Program-made: the position numbers and the translations under genes
Notes under the pieces: model-generated
Database searches by the model: none
What the model was told of the DNA's origin: nothing
What the model saw: only the letters and a program-made list of their open reading frames with translations
DNA from: Myxococcota bacterium
Lineage (GTDB): Bacteria > Myxococcota_A > UBA9160 > JAFDDA01
Direction: 5' to 3'
Assembly: GCA_965228475.1 (NCBI GenBank)
Contig: OZ245817.1
Coordinates: 4,928,001 to 4,992,000, forward strand
DNA length: 64,000 bases
Shown: positions 21,090-31,634 of the stretch, in pieces
Position numbering within the stretch: position 1 is the stretch's first letter
Layout: each line of letters opens with the position of its first letter

Positions 21090-22723
21090 TCGATGTAGCC
21101 GAGGGCGCGCAGCCGTGCGGCCACCTGCGCCTCCTCCTCTTCCGTATAGGGCGCGGCGTCGGCGCCGGGGCCCTCGTTCTCGTCCTGCCACGCGAGCCCC
21201 ATCGCCCGCGCGAGGACCGGCGCGCAGCCCGCCAGGCCCGCAGGCAACGTAGCAACCGCCGCCTCGCTGCCCGCCGCAAACCAGATGCCGTCGCGGCGGT
21301 GGGTGCCGTTCATGCCGTAGCCGCGCCCGCCGGCGAGGGCTTCGCCCTCGAGGCTCGTGACGCTCCCGGCCGCCGGATCGTTCCAGGGCGTCGGGACGAG
21401 GGAGTGGGCATAGCCCCCTTCCAGGGCGAGCTCGACGACGACGTCCGGCGCGCGCCCGACGTGCGGGCCTTCGTAGACCTCCTCGCGCCGGCGCGCCCGC
21501 TCGACCACGCGTGCGCCGCCCGGGAGCTTCCAATCGAGGAGGGCGGCGACCACGTCGTCGCGCACGCGCTCGTAGTCGCCCGCGGCGACCGAGCCCTCGG
21601 CCTCGCGCCCCGCGAGGTTGATCCAGACCCCGGGCTGGGTGTTCACCTCCTCGGAGAAGGCCACGGTCTTCGCCCAGTCGTTTCCGGCGAAGCGCACCGC
21701 GCTCTCCCAGCGAGCGGCGGCGCCCCGCGCGCGCCGGAAGGTCCACTGGGCGAGGCGGGGTGGCAGGTGGCGCACCACCGCATCCCGCGCGAGGCGCGCC
21801 ACGCCGTCGAAGCGCCCCGCCGCGCCCGGCGCCCGGGTGAGGAGGCCGCAATCCGCGAGGTACCGGTTCGCGTGGACGACGCGCCGGGAGGCGCCGCCCG
21901 TCCCGTGGTCCGAGACGACGAAGCACGCCGCGTCCTCGCCGAAGCGCGCGCGGATCTCGCCACAGGCCGCATCGAGGGCCACGTAGACGTCTTCGACGGC
22001 GCGCTTGCGCGCGGCGCTCGCGCCGGGGTCGTGGCGCGGCGAGTCCGGGTCGTGATCGCGCCAGTAGTGGTGCGCCACGGTGTCGCTCTCGGCGAAGACG
22101 ATGCAGGCGAGGTCCGGCCGCTCTCCCATCTCGTCGAGCGCGGCAAGGGTGAAGTCCCTCTTGCGCTCGATCCGGGCGAGCAGCGTTTCCCGGGCGCGCT
22201 CGTGCCAGGCGGCCTCGTCGGCGTCGTCCCCGAGCGGGGTCTCCATCCAGGGCCCGACCCGGGCGGCGATGCGCCGGTAGAGGGCCGGGTCGCTCGCCCG
22301 GGAGGGGTCCGTCCCGGCCGAGACCGGCGCGTCGAAGCCGGCGACGAGCAGCCCACGGAGCGGCTCCGGCGGGTGGGTCGCCGGCATCCCGAGCACGAGG
22401 ACCCGGCCGCCGGCCCGGCAGACCCGGGTGAAGAGGCTCGCCCCGTCCCGGTCCGCGGCGTTCACGAAGCGGACCCGGTAGGCGCCCGGGACCTTCTGGG
22501 TGAAGTCGAAGATCCCGTGCCGGCCCGGGCTCCGGCCCGTCATGAAGCTCGACCAGGCCGGGAAGGTCATGGGCGGGACGGTGCTCGGGAGGGGGGCTGC
22601 GGCCCCAGCCCGGCGCCAGGCGGCCAGGTTCGGCAGCCGCCCCGCCGCGATCAGCGGGTCGATCACGTCGAAGGTGGCCCCGTCCAGGGCAAGCACCAGG
22701 GCGGGGGCGAGGCGGCTCGACAC
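21086..22723 (-). CDS. Alkaline phosphatase superfamily / type I phosphodiesterase-nucleotide pyrophosphatase
   Basis: LDGAT, STVPPMTFPAWSS, HGIFDF, VSDHG, GTHRRDG, RLRALGYI C-terminus. Confidence 0.85.
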   Translation of the reverse strand: MSSRLAPALVLALDGATFDVIDPLIAAGRLPNLAAWRRAGAAAPLPSTVPPMTFPAWSSFMTGRSPGRHGIFDFTQKVPGAYRVRFVNAADRDGASLFTRVCRAGGRVLVLGMPATHPPEPLRGLLVAGFDAPVSAGTDPSRASDPALYRRIAARVGPWMETPLGDDADEAAWHERARETLLARIERKRDFTLAALDEMGERPDLACIVFAESDTVAHHYWRDHDPDSPRHDPGASAARKRAVEDVYVALDAACGEIRARFGEDAACFVVSDHGTGGASRRVVHANRYLADCGLLTRAPGAAGRFDGVARLARDAVVRHLPPRLAQWTFRRARGAAARWESAVRFAGNDWAKTVAFSEEVNTQPGVWINLAGREAEGSVAAGDYERVRDDVVAALLDWKLPGGARVVERARRREEVYEGPHVGRAPDVVVELALEGGYAHSLVPTPWNDPAAGSVTSLEGEALAGGRGYGMNGTHRRDGIWFAAGSEAAVATLPAGLAGCAPVLARAMGLAWQDENEGPGADAAPYTEEEEAQVAARLRALGYIE

Positions 22724-22845
22724 GGAAGGGGCTTCCTCCTATATTCCGCGGCCTTCCGGAGCTTCGAGGCATCTGCATGCGCCTCGCCGCTTCCCTTTAC
22801 CGAGAGCTCGCAGCGAGCTCCTACCGCCGAATTCCGGAGCACAGC

Positions 22846-23490
22846 GTGGCCATCGAACTCCTCTGCCGCAAGGTCGGCATGACCCAGATCTACGACGAGC
22901 AGGGAAATTGCATCCCGGTGACCGTGCTCGACGCCGCCGACAACCAGGTCGTCCAGAAGAAGACGGTCGAGACCGACGGCTACAGCGCCGTCCAGCTCGG
23001 CGGTGCCGGCTCGCGGCCGAACCGCGTCGTCGCCAAGGGCGAGCTCGGCCACTTCGAGAAGGCCGGCGTCGCGCCCACGCGCGCCGTCGTCGAGAGCCGC
23101 CTGACCGAGGAGGAGGTCGCCGGCTACGAAACCGGGCAGGCGATCGCCGCGCCGGACCTCTTCGAGAAGGGCCAGCGCGTCGACGTGATCGGCACCTCGA
23201 AGGGCCGCGGCACCGCGGGCGTCGTGAAGCGCCACAACTTCGCGGTGAAGCGCCGCACCCACGGTACCCACGAATACTTCCGCCACGGCGGTGCCATCGG
23301 CGCCGGCGCGTACCCCGGCAAGGTCATCAAGGGCATCGGCATGCCCGGCCGCTACGGGAACGAGCGCGTCACCGTGCGGAACCTCGAAGTCGTCGAGATC
23401 GACGGCGACAAGAGCCTGCTCTTCGTGCGCGGCGCCGTGCCGGGCCACCGCAACGCGGTGGTGCGGGTGCGCAAGGCCCTCGCGGGCTAG
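22846..23490 (+). CDS. rplC: 50S ribosomal protein L3 (uL3)
   Basis: KVGMTQ, DGYSAVQLG, GTSKGRG, THGTH, MPGRYG, RGAVPG; GTG start after GGAG. Confidence 0.97.
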   Translation: MAIELLCRKVGMTQIYDEQGNCIPVTVLDAADNQVVQKKTVETDGYSAVQLGGAGSRPNRVVAKGELGHFEKAGVAPTRAVVESRLTEEEVAGYETGQAIAAPDLFEKGQRVDVIGTSKGRGTAGVVKRHNFAVKRRTHGTHEYFRHGGAIGAGAYPGKVIKGIGMPGRYGNERVTVRNLEVVEIDGDKSLLFVRGAVPGHRNAVVRVRKALAG

Positions 23491-23508
23491 CGCCGCTCCG
23501 GCCCCGCC

Positions 23509-24105
23509 ACGGCCTACGACCGCAAGGACGCCTACCACCAGCGCGCGAAGCGCGAAGGCTTCCGCTCGCGCGCGGCCTACAAGCTGCAGGAGATCCAGAA
23601 GGCCCAGCGCGTGCTCGCGCGCGGGAACCGCGCGGTCGACCTCGGCTGCTGGCCGGGCGGCTGGCTCCAGGTCGCGTCGCAGCTCGTCGGCCCGAAGGGC
23701 CGCGTCGTCGGCATCGACAAGGCCGAGATCGACCCGCCGCTCGGGCTCGAGAACGTCACCGCCCTCACGGGCGACCTCGAAGAGCCCGAAACCGCCGCCA
23801 CCCTGCTCGACGCCCTCGGCGGCCCCGCCGACGTGCTCCTCTCCGACGCCGCCCCGAAGCTCACCGGCATCCGCGACACCGACCGCGCCAACGAAGAGCG
23901 CCTGCTCGAGGCGATCGAAACCCTCGTCCCGGCGCTCCTGCGCCCGGGCGGCAGCCTGCTCGTGAAGATCCTCGAAGGTCCGGAAGCCCAGGCCATCGAC
24001 AAACGCATCCGGCGCGGCTTCGACCAGGCCCGCACCGTGAAGCCCAAGGCCAGCCGCAAGGGAACGACCGAGCGCTATCTGCTGGCGCGGGGGCGGAAGG
24101 CGTAG
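23509..24105 (+). CDS. rlmE: 23S rRNA Um2552 2'-O-methyltransferase; start codon non-canonical (ACG) or missing
   Basis: AYDRKDAYHQRAKREGFRSRAAYKLQEI, VDLGCWPGGW, LSDAAP, LVKI, KPKASR...ERY. Confidence 0.9.
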   Translation, partial: TAYDRKDAYHQRAKREGFRSRAAYKLQEIQKAQRVLARGNRAVDLGCWPGGWLQVASQLVGPKGRVVGIDKAEIDPPLGLENVTALTGDLEEPETAATLLDALGGPADVLLSDAAPKLTGIRDTDRANEERLLEAIETLVPALLRPGGSLLVKILEGPEAQAIDKRIRRGFDQARTVKPKASRKGTTERYLLARGRKA

Positions 24106-24219
24106 GGCGCTTTCCGCCGGGGACGAGTGTGGGGTTCCGCCCATGTCCTCTGAGTGACTTATCGACCGCGCTCGATCACACTAGGATGCTTCGTGTGCTT
24201 CGGAACATGGGGGAATGCC

Positions 24220-27186
24220 ATGCGTCATCTCGGGTCAGCGAACTGTCAACGTGCGAGCCGGAGCCGCCGCCGCGTTCGCTCCGCCCTTTCCTGGTGCGCC
24301 GCGTCGATCGCTGCGAGCGCCGTGCTGCTTTCCGGCGCAGGCGATTCTCGAGCGCAGGCCGCTCCCGGCGGACCCACGCTCTACGGGGACGCCCACGCCG
24401 GCGCACATCCTGGACCCCATCCGCACGACGCGTTGAAGCGCTCCGAGCATCATGCGCTCATGGATCTGGTGGCTTCCGAAAAAGCCACCGCGGTGGCAAG
24501 CCGTAGCGGCGCATGGACCGATGAAGCGACGTGGAAGCAGGGCCGCGTTCCGAGCCACGATGCGAGGGTCTGGATTCCGGCCGGACACGAGGTCACGCTC
24601 GCCGAGCAGGTCGACGATCGTTCCTTCGACTGGATCCGCATCGATGGAGCGCTGAAGTTCCTTCCCGACCGCGACACGCGGCTGCGGGTCGGCACGCTGG
24701 TGGTCGGTGAGCCGGGGCGGCTCGAGATGGGCACACCGGAACGCCCCATCCGCGAGGACCGCAGCGCCGAGCTGATCTTCGCGGACCGTGGGCCTCGCGA
24801 TCGCGGCGAGGACCCGAAAGACATCGGACGTGGCCTCGTCTGCCACGGCGCGCTCGCGGTCCACGGGAGCCCGAGATCCGCCCATGCGATCGCAGAACAC
24901 GCGCTCGTTGCCGGGCTTTCGCGGCTGTCCTTTGCCGAGCCGCCGGCGCACTGGCGCCCGGGCGATCGACTCGTGTTTCCCGGAAGCGATCTCCAGGCCG
25001 ACCGCGACGAGCTGCGCGAGATCACGGCGGTCTCGAGCGACGGGCGCACGATCGAGCTGGATCGACCGCTCGAGGCGGACCATCCGGCACCGGCGGGGAG
25101 CCACGTGCCGGTGGGCAATCTGACGCGGAACGTCGTCTTCCGCTCGGAGAACGCGGCCGAGCTGGATCGGCGCGGCCATTTCATGGTGATGCACACGCAT
25201 CACCCGGTCACGATCGACGGCGCTGCCTTCATCGACCTCGGACGCACCGACACCCGGCGCGCCCACACGATCCCCGACGTCGATCACGAGGGTCGAGTCG
25301 TGCCCGGCTCCGATGCGAACACCCAGGGCCGCTACGCACTCCACTTCCACATGCGATCCGGCGCGAGCCGCGACCGGCCGCCGCACGTCGTCCGCAACAG
25401 CGCGATCGTCGGGAGCCCCAAGCACGGACTCGTGAACCACGGGGGCTACGTCGTCGCCGACGGCAACGTCGGCTACGCGATCGACGGAAGCCACTTCTTC
25501 TCGGAGAACGGCACGGAGATCGGCCGCTTCGCGAACAACCTCGCCGTGCGCTCGCTGGGCTCGGGCGACACCATCAGCAGCCGCGAGGGCACGCACGACT
25601 TCGGCCACCAGGGCCACGGCTTCTGGGCCCAGAGCGCCGGCGTCACCATGGAGGGCAACTTCGCCTTCGGCCACGCCGACGCTGCCTTCGCCATCTTCAC
25701 CCGCACGATCGAAGAGGCCGGCCGTTGGGTGCGGTTCCCGCGTGAGCTGGTGGAGGACCCCGCCGTTCATGCTGGACGCGATCACTTCAACCCCGGCGAC
25801 CTGCCCTTCCGGTTCGTCGGCAACGTGGGCGCTGCTTCGAACAGCGGTCTCGAGGTCTGGTACAACAAGGTCTACGCGCCCCACGACGTCTACAGCGAGG
25901 TGGAGGACTCGACCTTCTGGGCGCTTCGCGAGCACGGCCTCTTCGTTCCCTACGCGCGAAAGCTCGTCCTCCGCAACGTGCGCGTGCTCGGAGACGTCGC
26001 GAGCCCGGTCGGAATCGGCATCCGGGTGAACGACATGACCGACACGCTCCGGATCGAAGGGGTTCGCATCGAGGGCTTCCACGTCGGCATCGAGGCACCG
26101 CCGCGCGGCGACAACCGCATCGCCGACTCGGATCTCAACAACACGATCGACGTATGGGTGGCGAGCCCGAACCGGAACGGCCGGCGGCTCGAGCTCGTGG
26201 ACAACCGCCACGGCGTCCTCGCTCCGGACGCCCTTTCGCGCAGCCGGCACGCGTCGGCCGGTTCGCGTCTCGAGCGGGGACTTCGTGCGGTCGGACTCCT
26301 GCCCGTGCCGGAGCAGGCGCGGGTGTGGATCGCGGCGCCGCGCATTCCGCTCAACGGCGACGTCTCGGTCCTGTTCTCTCCGGACACCGTGATCGAGACG
26401 CGCGGGGACGAGACCCAGCAGATCTACTCGCTCGCCCAGCAAGGCGATGCCTTGCCCTTCCGGGAAACCGGTCACCCGGGCTTCGACTGCCGGACGGTGG
26501 CCGAGATCCATGAGGAGTTCGGCCTGGCCGTCGGCGGCGCGCTGGCCCCGGAAACCGCGCAGCGGGTGGCCGGCGTCCATGGCCTGGTCGGGCCGGTCGG
26601 CGGTGGAACGACGGCCGAGCCGCGGAGCCCGAGGACGACGCCGGGGCCCTACGGAGCCACGTTCAGCGTCCTCGCGCCCGAACCCGGGCGCGAGGAGTGG
26701 CTCATCCAGCCGGCCGCGGGGCCCGAAGCACGGCAGGTCGTGATGGCGTTTCACGACAGCGTGCCCCCGGTCTTCCATCCGAACGACACCATGCGATTCG
26801 AAATCCATCCGGATGACGTGAAGCACGGCTACCGCGTGGATGGCCTGCTGCACGATCAGGTGGGCGCCATGACCGCCAAGACCGCGTTCTCACACGATTT
26901 CCGGAACCTCCACGCCGACAGCGACGGGTTCGTACGGATTCCGATCGTGTTCGAGGACGACGCCGGGAATCAGGGGCGGCAGACGATCGAGATCCGGGTC
27001 ACGGAGACGGCGCAGAGGCGCGGGGCGAACACGACCTATTTCTTGCAGCAGGAGCACTGCCCGGGCTGCGGTGAACCGAGCATGGCCGAGCGGCTGCGCT
27101 CGCTGACCGACCGGGTCCGGTCGTGGTGGCCGCAATCCGACACCTGCACCGAGCTGCGAGCGTCGGGTCCGGTCGCGACGAGCTAG
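24220..27186 (+). CDS. Secreted G8-domain / beta-helix protein (TMEM2/CEMIP/fibrocystin-like architecture)
   Basis: Signal-like N-terminus; SGAWTDEATW...VP...VWIPAGHEV (G8), NLTRNVVF, GRYALHFH, beta-helix repeats. Confidence 0.75.
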   Translation: MRHLGSANCQRASRSRRRVRSALSWCAASIAASAVLLSGAGDSRAQAAPGGPTLYGDAHAGAHPGPHPHDALKRSEHHALMDLVASEKATAVASRSGAWTDEATWKQGRVPSHDARVWIPAGHEVTLAEQVDDRSFDWIRIDGALKFLPDRDTRLRVGTLVVGEPGRLEMGTPERPIREDRSAELIFADRGPRDRGEDPKDIGRGLVCHGALAVHGSPRSAHAIAEHALVAGLSRLSFAEPPAHWRPGDRLVFPGSDLQADRDELREITAVSSDGRTIELDRPLEADHPAPAGSHVPVGNLTRNVVFRSENAAELDRRGHFMVMHTHHPVTIDGAAFIDLGRTDTRRAHTIPDVDHEGRVVPGSDANTQGRYALHFHMRSGASRDRPPHVVRNSAIVGSPKHGLVNHGGYVVADGNVGYAIDGSHFFSENGTEIGRFANNLAVRSLGSGDTISSREGTHDFGHQGHGFWAQSAGVTMEGNFAFGHADAAFAIFTRTIEEAGRWVRFPRELVEDPAVHAGRDHFNPGDLPFRFVGNVGAASNSGLEVWYNKVYAPHDVYSEVEDSTFWALREHGLFVPYARKLVLRNVRVLGDVASPVGIGIRVNDMTDTLRIEGVRIEGFHVGIEAPPRGDNRIADSDLNNTIDVWVASPNRNGRRLELVDNRHGVLAPDALSRSRHASAGSRLERGLRAVGLLPVPEQARVWIAAPRIPLNGDVSVLFSPDTVIETRGDETQQIYSLAQQGDALPFRETGHPGFDCRTVAEIHEEFGLAVGGALAPETAQRVAGVHGLVGPVGGGTTAEPRSPRTTPGPYGATFSVLAPEPGREEWLIQPAAGPEARQVVMAFHDSVPPVFHPNDTMRFEIHPDDVKHGYRVDGLLHDQVGAMTAKTAFSHDFRNLHADSDGFVRIPIVFEDDAGNQGRQTIEIRVTETAQRRGANTTYFLQQEHCPGCGEPSMAERLRSLTDRVRSWWPQSDTCTELRASGPVATS

Positions 27187-27194
27187 CCCAGGGC

Positions 27195-28559
<1,365 letters not shown>

Positions 28560-28632
28560 CGCGCCGGGAGGTTACCTGGCGGCGGCGGGTCGAGGTACCC
28601 TCCGCCGCCCCATCCATCCGAGGAGACCGACC

Positions 28633-29115
28633 GTGTCCGACCGTCCGTTCCGCATCCTGGGCCTGCAGCAGATCGCCGTCGGAGGCCTCGACAAGGGGCC
28701 CCTCCGCAAGCTCTGGATCGAGACCCTGGGTCTCGAATCCCACGGGAGCTACCGCGGCGAGAAGGAGAACGTCGACGAGGACATCGCCGTCTGCGGCGCC
28801 GGGGCCTTCCAGGTGGAGGTCGATCTGATGCAGCCGATCGATCCGGAGAAGCGGCCGAAGGTCCAGGACCCGGCGCTGAACCACGTCGGCCTGTGGGTGG
28901 ACGATCTCGCCACGGCCGTCGAGTGGCTGGCCGGCCAGGGCATGCGCTTCACCCCGGGCGGCATCCGCAAGGGCGCCGCGGGCCACGACGTGACCTTCAT
29001 CCACCCGAAGGGGAACGAGGAGTTCCCGCTCTGCGGCGAGGGCGTGCTGATCGAGCTGGTCCAGGCGCCGGCCGAGGTCATCGCCGCCCACGACCGCGAA
29101 GCCGCCGCGAGCTAG
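28633..29115 (+). CDS. VOC/glyoxalase family protein (methylmalonyl-CoA epimerase-like)
   Basis: [40 protein letters not shown]. Confidence 0.82.
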   Translation: MSDRPFRILGLQQIAVGGLDKGPLRKLWIETLGLESHGSYRGEKENVDEDIAVCGAGAFQVEVDLMQPIDPEKRPKVQDPALNHVGLWVDDLATAVEWLAGQGMRFTPGGIRKGAAGHDVTFIHPKGNEEFPLCGEGVLIELVQAPAEVIAAHDREAAAS

Positions 29116-29118
29116 GCC

Positions 29119-29763
29119 GTGGCGCGCACCGTCGGGATCCTGCTCTTTCCGGACGCGGAGGAGCTCGATTGGGCCGGGCCCTACGAGGTCTTCGGCATGG
29201 CGGCGGACCTCGCCGCCGACCGCGATTCCCAGCCCGGGCCGATCGCCGACGAGACCCGCGCCGGGGACGATCTCCGCCTCGTCACGATCGCCCAGACCAA
29301 GGACCCCGTGCGCTGCCGCAAGGCCCTGCGCGTGCTGCCGGACCATTCCTTCGCCGACGCCCCGAAGCTCGACGTCGTGCTGGTCCCCGGCGGCCAGGGC
29401 ACGCGCACCGAGGTGAACAACCCCGTTCTGATCGAGTGGCTCCGCACGGTGGGCGCCGGCTGCGAATGGGTGACGAGCGTCTGCACTGGTGCCCTGCTCC
29501 TCCACGAGGCCGGCTTCGCCCGGGGCAAGCGCGTCACCACCCACTGGGCCTTCGTCGAGCAGCTCGCGGCCCGGGGCGACGTCGAGGTGCTGAAGCGGCG
29601 GCGCTACGTGCGCGACGGAAACCTCGTCACCGCGGCCGGCGTTTCGGCAGGAACGGACATGGCGCTCTGGCTCCTCGGCCAGCTCTACACGCCGGACTTC
29701 GCCCGCATGGTGCAACGCGCCATGGAGTACGACCCCGCGCCCCCTTACACTGCAGAGACCTGA
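29119..29763 (+). CDS. DJ-1/PfpI family protein
   Basis: EELDWAGPYEVF, VPGG, SVCTG, TTHW, AAGVSAG. Confidence 0.9.
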   Translation: MARTVGILLFPDAEELDWAGPYEVFGMAADLAADRDSQPGPIADETRAGDDLRLVTIAQTKDPVRCRKALRVLPDHSFADAPKLDVVLVPGGQGTRTEVNNPVLIEWLRTVGAGCEWVTSVCTGALLLHEAGFARGKRVTTHWAFVEQLAARGDVEVLKRRRYVRDGNLVTAAGVSAGTDMALWLLGQLYTPDFARMVQRAMEYDPAPPYTAET

Positions 29764-29780
29764 ATCACCGAGGAGAGTCC

Positions 29781-30908
29781 GTGGCCAACCCCCTGGTCGA
29801 CGTGCAGCAGCACGGGCAGAGCATCTGGTACGACAACATCAGCCGCGGGCTCGTGACCTCGGGTGAGCTCGCGCGCATGGTCGCCGAAGACGGGCTGCTC
29901 GGCGTGACGTCGAACCCGGCGATCTTCGAGAAGGCGATGGCGGGGAGCGAAGACTACCTGCCCGCGACGCGCGCGCTGATCGCGAGCGGCATCGAAGACG
30001 CGACGGAGATCTTCGAGCGGCTCGCCGTCGAAGACATCCAGCTCGCCGCCGACGTGCTCGCCCCCGCCTACGAGCGCACCGGAAAGCGCGACGGCTACGT
30101 GAGCCTCGAGGTCTCGCCGCACCTCGCGAACGATACGGAGGGGACGCTCGCGGACGCACGGCGCCTGTGGGCCGCGGTCGGGCGGCCGAACCTGATGATC
30201 AAGGTCCCGGCCACGCCGGCCGGAGTTCCGGCGATCGAAGCGCTCATCGCCGAGGGCGTGAACGTGAACGTCACCCTGCTCTTCGCCGTCGACGCCTACG
30301 CGGACGTGGCGGAGGCCTACCTGCGCGGGCTCGAGCGGCGCGCGGAAGCGGGCGGCGCGCTCGATCACGTGGCGAGCGTGGCGAGCTTCTTCGTCTCGCG
30401 CATCGACAGCCTGCTCGACGGCCAGATCGCCGAGAGCGGGAAGCCCGAGATCGCGGATCTCTCCGGCCGCATCGCCATCGCCAACGCGCGGCTCGCCTAC
30501 GCCCACTACAACGGGGTCATCGCGAGCGAGCGCTGGCAGGCCCTGGCCGCGAAGGGCGCCCAGGTGCAGCGCGTGCTCTGGGCGAGCACGAGCACGAAGA
30601 ACCCGGACTACCCGACCACGCTCTACGTCGACGAGCTCGTCGGGCCGGACACCGTGAACACGCTCCCCGGTGAGACCTTCGAGGCCTTCGCCAAGGAGGG
30701 CACCGCGGCGAACGTGCTCGGCAGCGGCTTCGATGCCCAGCTCGCGGAAGCGCGCGGGCAGATCGCGCGGCTCGAAGCGGCGGGCATCTCCCTCGAAGGC
30801 GCCACGACCCATCTCCTCGAAGAGGGCGTGCGCAAGTTCGTCGAGCCCTTCGATTCGCTGCTCGCCACGATCGAGCGGCGCAAGCAGGAGATCCTGGCCT
30901 CCTCATGA
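29781..30908 (+). CDS. tal: Transaldolase
   Basis: GQSIWYD, GVTSNPAIF, VSLEVSP, MIKVPAT, ASFFVSRID, LWAST; GTG start after AGGAG. Confidence 0.96.
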   Translation: MANPLVDVQQHGQSIWYDNISRGLVTSGELARMVAEDGLLGVTSNPAIFEKAMAGSEDYLPATRALIASGIEDATEIFERLAVEDIQLAADVLAPAYERTGKRDGYVSLEVSPHLANDTEGTLADARRLWAAVGRPNLMIKVPATPAGVPAIEALIAEGVNVNVTLLFAVDAYADVAEAYLRGLERRAEAGGALDHVASVASFFVSRIDSLLDGQIAESGKPEIADLSGRIAIANARLAYAHYNGVIASERWQALAAKGAQVQRVLWASTSTKNPDYPTTLYVDELVGPDTVNTLPGETFEAFAKEGTAANVLGSGFDAQLAEARGQIARLEAAGISLEGATTHLLEEGVRKFVEPFDSLLATIERRKQEILASS

Positions 30909-31567
30909 GCGCGGCGGAGAAGGCGCTCGAGTTCGTCGAAGACGGGAACGTGGTCGGTCTCGGGACGGGCCGCGCCGCCGCCGCCTTCGTGCGCGCCCTC
31001 GCCATCCGCATGAAGGAAGGGGGGCTCTCGGTGCGCGGCGTTCCGACGTCGCACGCCACCGAGGAGCTCGCGAAGGAGCTCGGCATTCCGCTCGTGGCCA
31101 TGGAGGAGGTCGAGGAGATCGACGTGACCTTCGACGGCGCCGACGAGGTCGACCCGGCCCTCGACGTCATCAAGGGCTACGGCGGCGCGCTCGTGCGCGA
31201 GAAGATCGTCGCCGCCGCCTCGCGCAAGCTCGTGATCCTGGTCGGCCACGAGAAGCTCGTCTCGCGCCTCGGCCAGCGCGGGAAGCTCCCGGTCGAGATC
31301 GTGCCCTTCGCCGCGGCCTTCTGCCGCCGCCGCTTCAAGACCCTCGGCTTCGAGGCCGCGCTTCGCCCGGACGATTCCGGCCAGCCGCTCGTGAGCGACA
31401 ACGGCAACTGGATCCTCGACTGCGAGGTCGAGCGCATCCCGAACCCCGCCCAGCTCGATGCGGCGCTGCTCGGCATCCCCGGCGTGATCGGGACGGGCCT
31501 GTTCGCCGACATGGCTGACGCCGTCATCGTCCAGGACGGCGACCGCATCGAGGTACGCGAGCGCTAG
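30905..31567 (+). CDS. rpiA: Ribose-5-phosphate isomerase A
   Basis: GLGTG, DGADEVD, IKGYGGAL-REK, DNGN. Confidence 0.96.
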   Translation: MSAAEKALEFVEDGNVVGLGTGRAAAAFVRALAIRMKEGGLSVRGVPTSHATEELAKELGIPLVAMEEVEEIDVTFDGADEVDPALDVIKGYGGALVREKIVAAASRKLVILVGHEKLVSRLGQRGKLPVEIVPFAAAFCRRRFKTLGFEAALRPDDSGQPLVSDNGNWILDCEVERIPNPAQLDAALLGIPGVIGTGLFADMADAVIVQDGDRIEVRER

Positions 31568-31634
31568 GGCGGCCCGCCCCGCATCGTCCCGCCCAGCTGC
31601 CCAGCTGCCGGGCCTCCCGTGATAGGCTCGGACC

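Noticed and set aside
12201..24132. Shared CGAGTGTGG 9-mer upstream of both large beta-helix genes (~12201 and ~24124)
   Set aside because: Too short to distinguish from chance without a genome-wide test
24235..26853. 872-aa antisense ORF
   Set aside because: Mirror of the G8 gene; no recognisable motifs
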